From positions 1,664,001 through 1,728,000 of the forward strand of contig OY969585.1 of assembly GCA_963701295.1 (NCBI GenBank): DNA of 64,000 nt. The letters run 5' to 3'. The DNA comes from Ignavibacteriota bacterium (GTDB lineage Bacteria; Bacteroidota; Ignavibacteria; UBA10030). Made by a program: the position numbers and the translations under genes. Positions 41,458-50,741 of the stretch are shown here, piece after piece; position 1 is the first letter of the stretch; every line of letters begins with the position of its first letter. The notes under the pieces were generated by a model that saw only the letters and a program-made list of their open reading frames with translations, had not been told where the DNA came from and did no database searches.

Positions 41458-42171
41458 ATGAAGGGTAAATATTCGGTTATCATCTTAGTCGGCGTGATTC
41501 TTTTCGCAGCAACTGTTCTTTTAACGCAAGGAGCCATTGCCAATATCACCGTCAATCAAACCGTTGATAAAATCACCATCAAGGGCGATAAGGGTAAAGG
41601 AATCGCTTCTGATAAATTCGCGCTCAGCAAAGACGGATGGTATATTATTAAGATTTCGTACACAGGAGCCGCTTACAGTGTTTGCCAGCTTTCACTTGTC
41701 ACACAGAAAATGATTACTGACAAACAAACAATCGGCGGCGGAATGTTAACTAACTGGATAGGGCCGAATACGACCGAGAAAATCCCGCATAAAGGATTGG
41801 TAAAGTCCGAAGATTATGTGATCTATGTGGTAGATGCTGGAGGACCGTGGACTGTCGAGATTTTAAAGAGCCCGAAGCCCTCACCGGTATCCACCAGCAC
41901 TACCTTCAGTGGTACTACGGATAAAGTGTCACCTTTCTTCCACCTGAAGAAGGGATCTGCAAAATTTACGATGCACCAGAAACTGAAAGGCAAATTCTCT
42001 TCGCGCCTTGAGGTCGACCTGATCAATGCTGATACAGGTGCTTTTATGAGTTACCTATGCCACAATGCAATCGAACCTACACAGATGGCGAAGGTAGACA
42101 TACCGGTAGCCGGCAACTATATACTTGAGGTTTCTGGCGGCGACAACTGGGATGTATCGTACACCCAGTAA
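41458..42171 (+). CDS. Secreted hypothetical protein with two repeated beta-sandwich halves
   Basis: AGGAGG RBS; signal peptide; internal repeat (F.L.K.G...YVIYV..AGGPWTV / F.LKKG...YILEV.GG.NWDV). Confidence 0.7.
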   Translation: MKGKYSVIILVGVILFAATVLLTQGAIANITVNQTVDKITIKGDKGKGIASDKFALSKDGWYIIKISYTGAAYSVCQLSLVTQKMITDKQTIGGGMLTNWIGPNTTEKIPHKGLVKSEDYVIYVVDAGGPWTVEILKSPKPSPVSTSTTFSGTTDKVSPFFHLKKGSAKFTMHQKLKGKFSSRLEVDLINADTGAFMSYLCHNAIEPTQMAKVDIPVAGNYILEVSGGDNWDVSYTQ

Positions 42172-42555
42172 ATATTCGAGTATGAGCTGATGGCATAAAA
42201 GAAAAGTGAAACAATAATGTAAGATTACGTAATTTTTTTATTTTCGTAACCTTTATTATTTAACACCTCGCGTACCAAAAGAGGGTTGAAAGTCATTAAG
42301 GCTAAATGGACGAAAATCCCGATCAGTTATTAGCGATCTCGGGATTCTTCTTGAGTCCTTGTAGCAGGGCGCGCTATTTTGTTCAGTCACAACTCCTTTA
42401 ATCAATTTTCTTTTCCTTCTTTGTTTTTTTCATTTCTATCTTGATGGTCTTTCCATTAACGCTTAAAACAATTCTTTTATTTTATTCCCCACCGTAACCT
42501 AAACTTCATAAGTGACATCGGGATACTTTAATATATCTGATGAAGTATAAGTGAA

Positions 42556-43623
42556 TTATCTCCCGAATACGAGAATAACAAAAGTGTCAGGAATGATGTT
42601 TGGTCGCGGATGCGGTCGTTCCGGCGTTGGTTCCGGCGGAGGACCAAACTGGGCTGTTGCAAGAAATATGTTGTGAGTTTTTGCATCGATTGCCATCGTT
42701 CGAGCACCGCGTTGGGTCGGAATGGTCTCGATGACGCTGAATTGGTCCGGGGAATCCTCGTGAACGACTGTGAGTGTGCCTTCGCCATTGGAACTGAACG
42801 CCAGTTGAGTTGCAGGATCAAATACCGCCGCATCAGTTCCTTCGCCAATAGAGATGGAAGATATAACGCTGCCGTTGTCAGTGTTTAGCACTATCATCTT
42901 CTTGTTTTCGCATGCAGAAAACAATCTTTGATGTTGTCGATCAATGGCAAGTCCGGATGGACTTTTGCCCGGTGCTAAAGGCCACCGTGATTTGACTTCA
43001 AGTTTTCGTGAATCAAGAGCAATGACTTCACTTTTGTCGTCCAGATTGACATAGACCATTCCATTACCGTCTGCAACTGCGAATTCCGGATGTCCACTCA
43101 GCGCAACCGTTCCTGCGGTATTGCCCGTCTTTGCATTGATTACTGAGGCTGACGAACTGCCCCGATTGAATGCAAACACCTGGTGTGTTGCGGGATCGTA
43201 TAAAATCGCATCGGGATTCTTTTCAACCTTTAGAGAACCAATCGGTTGGTATGTGTTGAGATCAAAGATAATGACAGACGAATCTCGTCCATTACTAGTA
43301 AATCCGCGTCCGAGTTCGGAAGCAACAGCAATTCCATGCACGCCATTCGTATTTGGAATATCGCCAACGACATTTCCTGAGTCCGCGTCAACTACAACGA
43401 CATGTGTCGACCGTGAAATATATAATCGCCGCGCATCGCTATCAACATAGAGATAATCCCATCCTCCGCTGCCGCCGAGGTTCAATTTCTTTATGAGACG
43501 ATATCCGCTGGTAACGGAACTCTGGTTGGATTTTGATCGTGCATTCCCCGTTTTGGAAAATCCGTATATGGAGAGCGCCAAAAAAAGAATAGGTAGTATA
43601 AACTGTCGTATTGATAATTGCAT
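42556..43623 (-). CDS. YncE/YVTN-family beta-propeller protein
   Basis: GGWDYL; GVHGIA; NPDAILYDP; PSGLAID; TQRGARTMAID. Confidence 0.85.
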   Translation of the reverse strand: MQLSIRQFILPILFLALSIYGFSKTGNARSKSNQSSVTSGYRLIKKLNLGGSGGWDYLYVDSDARRLYISRSTHVVVVDADSGNVVGDIPNTNGVHGIAVASELGRGFTSNGRDSSVIIFDLNTYQPIGSLKVEKNPDAILYDPATHQVFAFNRGSSSASVINAKTGNTAGTVALSGHPEFAVADGNGMVYVNLDDKSEVIALDSRKLEVKSRWPLAPGKSPSGLAIDRQHQRLFSACENKKMIVLNTDNGSVISSISIGEGTDAAVFDPATQLAFSSNGEGTLTVVHEDSPDQFSVIETIPTQRGARTMAIDAKTHNIFLATAQFGPPPEPTPERPHPRPNIIPDTFVILVFGR

Positions 43624-44251
43624 AATCGTTACTCCTTATGATGCGATTATAAAATGAATGATATCGGCTTCTATGAGAAGAATATGCACGTTCCATTTTA
43701 ATGAATGGCGTGAAAAAATGATGAAAAGAAGATGAAAACTTTCAGGAAGGTCGGTCTGGTTGGAGTCGAAAAGATTACTGTCCATACGAAAAACCTGAAA
43801 CCAGTGCCAACTATCTGTGTAACTGGAACCGCATAGCATAATGACAGTGATGAGAATATCATAATCATATCATAGCAAAGCAAGTGAAAATGCTCGGTGA
43901 GGTTGAACGTTTTCTTTATATTCCAAAGCATTAAACTCCATTTTTAGTTTTTTTGAAATAGTGGATACGTAAACGACGTATTTTCTTGACAATCACTCAC
44001 AAAACATTTATGTTTGACATTAATGGACAGTGATAAATACTAAATATAAGGAGACAAAAAAAAGAGAAATTCTATTAGACTATCGAGCCTTTTCACAAGG
44101 AGGCGAGCATCATTATTGATCCTGGCCCCGGACATCTCAATCATCGAATCAGCCATTACTCCCCCCCACTAACTTTAAGTCAACACTATGGAAAGGCAAT
44201 CTCGCATAGCTTAGTGCGATAGTTATCCCTCAATTATCCCTATAACAAAAT

Positions 44252-45580
44252 ATGGAGGTTGTCATGTCATCATTTGATTACTCATGGAAGAGAGTTGCGA
44301 TACAAATGTTGATGGTCTCCGCTGGTCTCTTCTTTGCATCTTGCAAACATGAAACTACATCGGAACCCACCACTCCACAACAAAACAGCATCACAATCAA
44401 GGTCCAGGCAAACACGGGCGATACCTTGAAGCTAACAAATAGTCAGGGCGATGAAATCACTCTCGCGATACCACCATGGTCGCTGGATAGCACGATAATG
44501 ATAACTGTTCTTGCGCTCAAGGCTGCGCCAGTAAATCCAATTGCAAAAAACATTTTTCCCGGGGTGAACATCCTTCCGGACGGGATCGTTCTTGAGCGAG
44601 GAGCACGTTTGTCGGTCCACTGCGCATCCGGTCAGCTCGACACTACACGATGCATGCTCATGTATGTAAAAAATGCCGCACAGGTCTTGCCCATCGGAGA
44701 CCGACGAGTTACACCAACAACCCTCGAAGGGACCATCTATCATTTCAGTAATTACTCAGGTGGAGAACCAACCTCTTCAGAAGCAGACGACCAATCGAGC
44801 GGACTCAATGGTTTCATAATGTCGAGTCCGTTGGCGTGGGGCGAATTGTACGACTATGTGAATGCGAGGCTTATGTGGTGGGACTATTACTACATGACGG
44901 GACAAAATGCCAAAGCTGACGTGGAGAAGCAAGAAGCAAGTCAGGCGGTCAATGACGCTGCAAATGCAATCTTGAATATGCCTCCCCCTCAGGATCCATG
45001 TGGTGCATACAAGCTTGCGGTGGCCAAGATCGCAGAACTTGTGTGGGCGGGAGTAGTCGACGACGAGGGTCTCAGTGCGCAGATGTCTGATCTGGTGACC
45101 CAGGTGAATAACAAATGCCTTTTAACCGGCACATTGGAATACAACCACGATTTGACAATCTCATCAGGCAACAACTATCATCATGAAATAGTCACTGGAA
45201 CATTTCCTTTTTCTGTCAACACCGTTGTTGAGCCAATTGGTCAGATTCAAGGAGGAGGAAGCGGAACCATTACCTTGACGGGAGCGGCGGGAGATTGCAC
45301 CTACTCTGGCGGGGGTAAGATCAATGTTACACTAGGAGGTGAGGAAACTGTCGATGAAATGGGCGCGGGATATCTGGAATTCACTCTGGATGAATCATGG
45401 TACTGTCCAGGTTCAATAATAAATTATTGTCCCAATGGTACAACATCATCGCAGTTGCCATGTACTGAGGTTACACCGAAACTCAGGATCCTTCTGCAAG
45501 ATGGCGTTACTTCTGTTCAACCATTTCTTATGGGTTCGGGATCGTATACTTATACCTTGCATATAACACGCGTTCCGTGA
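44252..45580 (+). CDS. Hypothetical lipoprotein with a ZU5-like N-terminal region
   Basis: Lipobox FASC; LAIPPWSL...I.V; PDG..L; I.HFS.Y. Confidence 0.65.
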   Translation: MEVVMSSFDYSWKRVAIQMLMVSAGLFFASCKHETTSEPTTPQQNSITIKVQANTGDTLKLTNSQGDEITLAIPPWSLDSTIMITVLALKAAPVNPIAKNIFPGVNILPDGIVLERGARLSVHCASGQLDTTRCMLMYVKNAAQVLPIGDRRVTPTTLEGTIYHFSNYSGGEPTSSEADDQSSGLNGFIMSSPLAWGELYDYVNARLMWWDYYYMTGQNAKADVEKQEASQAVNDAANAILNMPPPQDPCGAYKLAVAKIAELVWAGVVDDEGLSAQMSDLVTQVNNKCLLTGTLEYNHDLTISSGNNYHHEIVTGTFPFSVNTVVEPIGQIQGGGSGTITLTGAAGDCTYSGGGKINVTLGGEETVDEMGAGYLEFTLDESWYCPGSIINYCPNGTTSSQLPCTEVTPKLRILLQDGVTSVQPFLMGSGSYTYTLHITRVP

Positions 45581-46452
45581 TCTTGATAATATGCAGAAGG
45601 TTTTCTCTTGAAAATATCGATGGTACATTATGTTCAGCGAGTATGATAGTCAGCTATTATATTCACGGAGTCGCTGATCGAGATCAGGTGTTTGCTCTCT
45701 ATAGTGATAAACCTCTTTGCTCTATACCATATATACAAATGTATGAAGTACATAAGAAATCCCTTCAGATTTTCATCGATGAAGATTTCTTCTTCAGAAT
45801 TTGCGCGTGAGCGCGTGTTACACATCATAGAAAAATCGATCCTGTGTTAAAGGAAATGCTTAATTTTTTGATCCTAAACGGATGAGATAAATAAAACGGC
45901 ATGCATACTGTCAAGTTCAAAAAATATTGTCTACATAGTTCCTATATCGGCCCGCAATTTAGATGTGCCTTTTATTCTGATACTCGCTTTGAAAAAATAA
46001 ATCACGAGTGGTTTTCATTTGGCCATCTCTATTGTGTAAAGAAATATGGTCCTCTTTTATTAATTTTTAATCTTTTTTAATTTTATGCTTGCAACTTGTT
46101 TGAATAAACCTTAATTATTAATAAAGAAGTGAAGCTCACTAATTAATTTATTGTGCAAGCGATAGATAAGTAAAACCTCATCGATCGTTTTAAGGGATTG
46201 GTAGGCGGAACACCGACCGAGTATCAGTTCCCTTCTTTAGAAATCCTAATTGGTGACCCCAATTTATAAAAATTGATCAGCATGCAAGTGCTATAGTATA
46301 TGGATACGAGTGAATCGTGAAATCTCAAAAACAAATACAGCTAGTGGTAGGATAAAACAGTGATCATAGTGATGTATGGATGACTCGCAAAGTGATTGTT
46401 TCTATGGGATTGTTCAAACACAAATTGTAGCTGGTCAATACTTTTATTTAAA

Positions 46453-46866
46453 ATGAAAAATCCATCAATCAAAATTTCTCTCTTTCATTGTTCAAACTCA
46501 ATTTCCCCCGAAGAAATAAATCAAATAAGTTCGCAATTGGGTGAATTTGAATTAAATACTATCAGTGTGCCATGTTCAGGGAAAATCGCTATTGAATATA
46601 TCTTAAAATCTATCGAGACGGGATCCGACACCGCGATACTTGCCGGCTGTATGACGGGTGAATGCAAATTACTTCAAGGCAATCTCCGTGCACGTAAACG
46701 AATAGACGCTATAAACGATCTTTTAAACGAAACAGGCATAGGAAGCGATCGCGTCTCGTTTATCCAAATCGATAATAAAAATAAAACCGAAAATAGTATA
46801 AATGAATTAACAAGTTGCATCCGGCAAATAATAAACGAACAAGAAAAAGTAACTGAAACATTCTAA
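46453..46866 (+). CDS. MvhD/FlpD-like [2Fe-2S] protein, divergent
   Basis: FHC..., VPCSGK, AGC..GEC...GN..A.KR; lacks the CxxCAY.AAD segment. Confidence 0.75.
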   Translation: MKNPSIKISLFHCSNSISPEEINQISSQLGEFELNTISVPCSGKIAIEYILKSIETGSDTAILAGCMTGECKLLQGNLRARKRIDAINDLLNETGIGSDRVSFIQIDNKNKTENSINELTSCIRQIINEQEKVTETF

Positions 46867-46875
46867 AACAATACA

Positions 46876-47766
46876 ATGGACAGCTTACTAGCAAAAAAAA
46901 TTGAAGAAGGGGATTTCATTATTACTGCCGAATATCTTGCAGGCACTAATATTGATTACGATCCTATCAATAAATCACAAATTCCAGGTGTGCTGGCGGT
47001 GAACGTAGCAGATAATCCGTATGGTCCTATTATATCAGGATTGGCATCGGCGATAAAATTAAAACAGGCAGGAATCGAGCCGATATACCAAATTGTTACC
47101 CGTGATCGCAATAGGATCGCTCTTCAATCCGATATCTTAGGTGCAGCGTCTCTGGGCATTAAAAATATATTATGCCTTTCTGGATATCATCAAAGCATAA
47201 CGGAAATTCCGCAATCGGCAAATGTGTACGATGTCGACTCTATTCAACTGATAGACCTTATAACAAGGATGAACAACGAAAGGGTTCTTCTCAACGGCAA
47301 AAAAATCGGCGGCGATTTTTCTATGCTTGTCGGTGCAGTTGCAAATCCTTATTTAAGGCCACTTGAACTTAATATTATGCGTTTGGCCAAAAAAATTAGG
47401 GCCGGGGCAAAATTCATACAGACACAGGGTGTCTTCAATACTACCGATTTTCATGAATGGTTAGACGCGGCATATCAGGAAGGTTTGACGGAGAAGGCCG
47501 CATTCATTGCAGGAATTTATCCGCTTGAAAGTTATGATGAAGCGATTAGTCTCCTGAAAAAACACACAGATTTTTACATACCCGAGTCGCATATCAATAG
47601 TATGAAAGATGCCGGCGGCCCTGCCGAACAAAAGAAAAGAGGCATCGCAATCTGTGTCGAAACGATCAATAAAATAAAGGAAATGAAGGGATTGAGCGGC
47701 ATCCATATCATTTCTGGCGGGAAAGAAGATATTATAAATGAAATCATTTCTGATGCCGGATTATAA
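46876..47766 (+). CDS. metF: MetF-like (MTHFR-family) flavoprotein with altered active-site motifs
   Basis: VADN; RDRNRIALQSDILGA; AGAKFIQTQ; but EYLAG replaces ExxPP and SGYH replaces xGDx. Confidence 0.8.
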   Translation: MDSLLAKKIEEGDFIITAEYLAGTNIDYDPINKSQIPGVLAVNVADNPYGPIISGLASAIKLKQAGIEPIYQIVTRDRNRIALQSDILGAASLGIKNILCLSGYHQSITEIPQSANVYDVDSIQLIDLITRMNNERVLLNGKKIGGDFSMLVGAVANPYLRPLELNIMRLAKKIRAGAKFIQTQGVFNTTDFHEWLDAAYQEGLTEKAAFIAGIYPLESYDEAISLLKKHTDFYIPESHINSMKDAGGPAEQKKRGIAICVETINKIKEMKGLSGIHIISGGKEDIINEIISDAGL

Positions 47767-47776
47767 TTAGTTACGT

Positions 47777-49177
47777 ATGCCTGAAAAATATCATATTAAA
47801 ACTAGCCACGTTTTACCCAGACTTCCCCGCATTGGGAAATGTGGAATTGTGGACTGGCGCGAAGACTGTGCACGATGCCATAACTGCGTAAAAAAAGCAT
47901 GCGTCTACGACAAATATCGGGAAGAGGGCACATTCATCAGGGATTTGGACGAAGTCCATGCACTCTATTATGAATGCATGGGATGTTTTTCTTGCGTCCA
48001 GAATTGTACGAAGAATTTATTAACGCTAGCCTTAAATTCAGAATATCAAAAACTCGGCAACGAATATTGGAAGCCGCAAATTTTGAGCACAACTTGGTTA
48101 GAGGCAGAAACGGGAAAAGTCCCAGTATCGGGCGCCGGTTACAGGGGCAAATTTTCAGGTCCCGGGTTCGATTCCATGTGGACCGATATGTCCGAAATTG
48201 TTCGCCCTACACGTGACGGTATTCACGGAAGAGAGTATATTAGTACATCCGTAGATATCGGGAAAAAACCTTCCTTCCTAAATTTTCAGAACAATGAGCT
48301 AGCAACAGTTCTTCCTCCTCTTATTTCTATTCCATTCCCTGTTGTTTTTGACGTGTCTTCCGAAAAACATGCGCTTCCCGTTCTTGAGCCTTGTATTATT
48401 GAGACTGCAAAACAAACAGGACTTATCGCTATTATCGATTCAAGGAAGTGGGAAACGATAAAACTGCCTCACAAAGAGGGCTATCTGAACAATATTGCCT
48501 TCTTTTTAAATCCGGATGGGCCGCAGATATCGAAAGAAATTCTCAATAAAACAAGGCTGGTGGAAATTCCGGACAATAAAAATATCGAGCAACGAATCGC
48601 ATCAATAAAGAAAAATCATCCCGGAATAATTATTGCCGTGCGGATATTCATGGATGAAAAAGTTGTAAAACGTGTCGATGAATTGTCAAGAATCGACATT
48701 GAAGCCGTTCATCTGATTGCCGACCTCAACGGCAATGAAATTAATTCAAACAATCCCCGATTCATGAAGGATATTGTCCGAGAAGTTCATGGATGCTTGA
48801 TAAAAAATGAAAAGAGGGATGAAATAACTCTCATTGCCGGAGGTGGAATCGGTTTATCCGAACATGTCGCTAAAGCTATTATATGCGGCGCCGATCTGGT
48901 TTCAATTAATCTGCCGCTGTTGATTGCAATCGAGTGCCGCTTGTGCGAAAGCTGCAAGCCCGGCAACTACTGTCCTGCAAAATTAGACACAGAAATCGAT
49001 TTGCAATACGGGGCCGCACGTATGACCAATTTAATTGGTGCATGGCATTGGCAATTAGTAGAACTAATGGGAGCAATGGGTATGCGAGAAGTGCGAAGAC
49101 TTCGCGGCGATGTTGGGCGCGCAATGTTTAAAGATGAAATTGAAGAAGAAATTTATGGGCCGATCTTTAGAAAATAA
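47777..49177 (+). CDS. Glutamate synthase FMN-domain (GltB2)-like subunit with N-terminal ferredoxin, catalytically degenerate
   Basis: CARCHNC..., CMGCFSC...C; GGGI...AKAI.CGAD; CRLCESC...CP; lacks MSFG, QGAKPG and GGTGA. Confidence 0.75.
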   Translation: MPEKYHIKTSHVLPRLPRIGKCGIVDWREDCARCHNCVKKACVYDKYREEGTFIRDLDEVHALYYECMGCFSCVQNCTKNLLTLALNSEYQKLGNEYWKPQILSTTWLEAETGKVPVSGAGYRGKFSGPGFDSMWTDMSEIVRPTRDGIHGREYISTSVDIGKKPSFLNFQNNELATVLPPLISIPFPVVFDVSSEKHALPVLEPCIIETAKQTGLIAIIDSRKWETIKLPHKEGYLNNIAFFLNPDGPQISKEILNKTRLVEIPDNKNIEQRIASIKKNHPGIIIAVRIFMDEKVVKRVDELSRIDIEAVHLIADLNGNEINSNNPRFMKDIVREVHGCLIKNEKRDEITLIAGGGIGLSEHVAKAIICGADLVSINLPLLIAIECRLCESCKPGNYCPAKLDTEIDLQYGAARMTNLIGAWHWQLVELMGAMGMREVRRLRGDVGRAMFKDEIEEEIYGPIFRK

Positions 49178-50726
49178 AATTGACCTGGAAAACGTACTCC
49201 CCGGCAACACTTTTAAAACCCGTGTTCCGCAAGTCGAGGTCGAAAAAAATATTAAACCGGCTCCTTCGAGGTACCGCAATGAAATCGCAAAATATCTCAT
49301 CTATCGTGATGAGGGAAAATGCACAATGTGCGGGACATGTGTAAAGACATGCACAAAGGGCGTTCATGTCCTGAAAAAAGGTTATAAGTTATTTGCTACT
49401 CCATTAAGCTATAAGTGCAATGGGTTCGTTTGCGAGAAGACCGAAAATTTTTGTGTCGCAAAATGCCCTAACGGTGCTTTAAGATTGAAAAAAAATCCGA
49501 TAATGGAAGTTATGGGAGATTACAGATGGACGTCGGACATGATTCTTGCAACATGGAGAATGGCCGAGACCGGAGATATTCTTCCTGAGGATTCCGATTT
49601 TGTATATGAGACCGGTGACTCCGGTGGAGGATTCGATAGAATTCGAATTGTGTTTCCTGACAAGCCCGCAACAGTCGACTCCGATGAAATTGATATCAGT
49701 CTTGAGCTGAACAGGAGAAACGATGGCAGGCCGAAGATAAAAATTGATGTGCCCTGGTATGGCGGAGGGATGTCATTCGGCTCTATAAGCAATGTCACCC
49801 AATTGTCGAAGGTCAGAGCAGCATCTGCATGGAATACTTTTTCCTGTTCCGGCGAGGGCGGTTACATGGAACGCCTGCGGCCGTATGACGACCATATGAT
49901 AACACAGGTTGCTACCGGACTTTTCGGTGTGAGAGAAGAAACAATACAAAGAGTTCCGATCGTCGAATTCAAATATGCTCAAGGCGCGAAACCCGGTTTA
50001 GGTGGCCACTTGCTGGGCACGAAGAATACTCCCGCTGTTGCAAAAATGCGAGAAGCTGTTCAGGGAATTCCATTATTCTCTCCGTTCCCCTTTCACAGTG
50101 TCTATTCAATCGAAGACCATATGAAACACATCGATTGGATAAAACATATAAATCCGAGAGCTCTGATCTCCACAAAGGTTTCTACTCCAACCGATGTAGA
50201 TATGGTTGCCGTTGGAAGTTATTATGCAGGCACGCACATAATACATATAGATGGAGGGTATGGAGGCACGGGAGCTGCTCCTGATATAGCCAAGAAGAAT
50301 ATTGCAATGCCTATAGACTACGCCATCCCGAAGGTTCATAATTTTCTTTCAGCAGAAGGTATCCGCGACGCCGTTGTATTGATAGCAAGCGGCGGTATAC
50401 GTAATTATTATGATATCGCGAAGGCGATTTGCCTCGGTGCCGACGGAGTTGTAATCGGAACTGCAGAATTGGTAGCACTGTGCTGCCTAAGATGCAGCAG
50501 ATGCGAAAGCGGCAAAGGCTGCCCAAGAGGTATTGCGACAACAAATCCGGAACTTGCAGCACAAGTTACTATTGAATGGGGAACGCAGCGTATCATCAAT
50601 CTTTACAACGCCTGGTCAATCGGATTAAAAAACATATTAAGACGCCTCGGCTTGAAAACCGTTAAAGAATTACGCGGAAGAACGGATTTGTTAATACATC
50701 TGGATATCTCGAAGAAGCAAAGTTAA
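49155..50726 (+). CDS. gltB: Glutamate synthase FMN-domain subunit (GltB2) with N-terminal ferredoxin; start uncertain
   Basis: GMSFGSIS; SGEGG; QVATGLFGV; EFKYAQGAKPGLGGHL; DGGYGGTGAAP; SGGIR; CLRCSRC...CPRGIAT. Confidence 0.85.
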   Translation: MGRSLENKIDLENVLPGNTFKTRVPQVEVEKNIKPAPSRYRNEIAKYLIYRDEGKCTMCGTCVKTCTKGVHVLKKGYKLFATPLSYKCNGFVCEKTENFCVAKCPNGALRLKKNPIMEVMGDYRWTSDMILATWRMAETGDILPEDSDFVYETGDSGGGFDRIRIVFPDKPATVDSDEIDISLELNRRNDGRPKIKIDVPWYGGGMSFGSISNVTQLSKVRAASAWNTFSCSGEGGYMERLRPYDDHMITQVATGLFGVREETIQRVPIVEFKYAQGAKPGLGGHLLGTKNTPAVAKMREAVQGIPLFSPFPFHSVYSIEDHMKHIDWIKHINPRALISTKVSTPTDVDMVAVGSYYAGTHIIHIDGGYGGTGAAPDIAKKNIAMPIDYAIPKVHNFLSAEGIRDAVVLIASGGIRNYYDIAKAICLGADGVVIGTAELVALCCLRCSRCESGKGCPRGIATTNPELAAQVTIEWGTQRIINLYNAWSIGLKNILRRLGLKTVKELRGRTDLLIHLDISKKQS

Positions 50727-50741
50727 CATCCATCAGAATTT

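Noticed and set aside
45577-45830. Short ORFs downstream of the lipoprotein gene
   Set aside because: No RBS or motif and overlapping on both strands; cannot be supported.
46140-46330. SAM-I, ZTP, THF or glutamine riboswitch
   Set aside because: Core consensus elements were not found by eye. Kept only as an unclassified structured leader.
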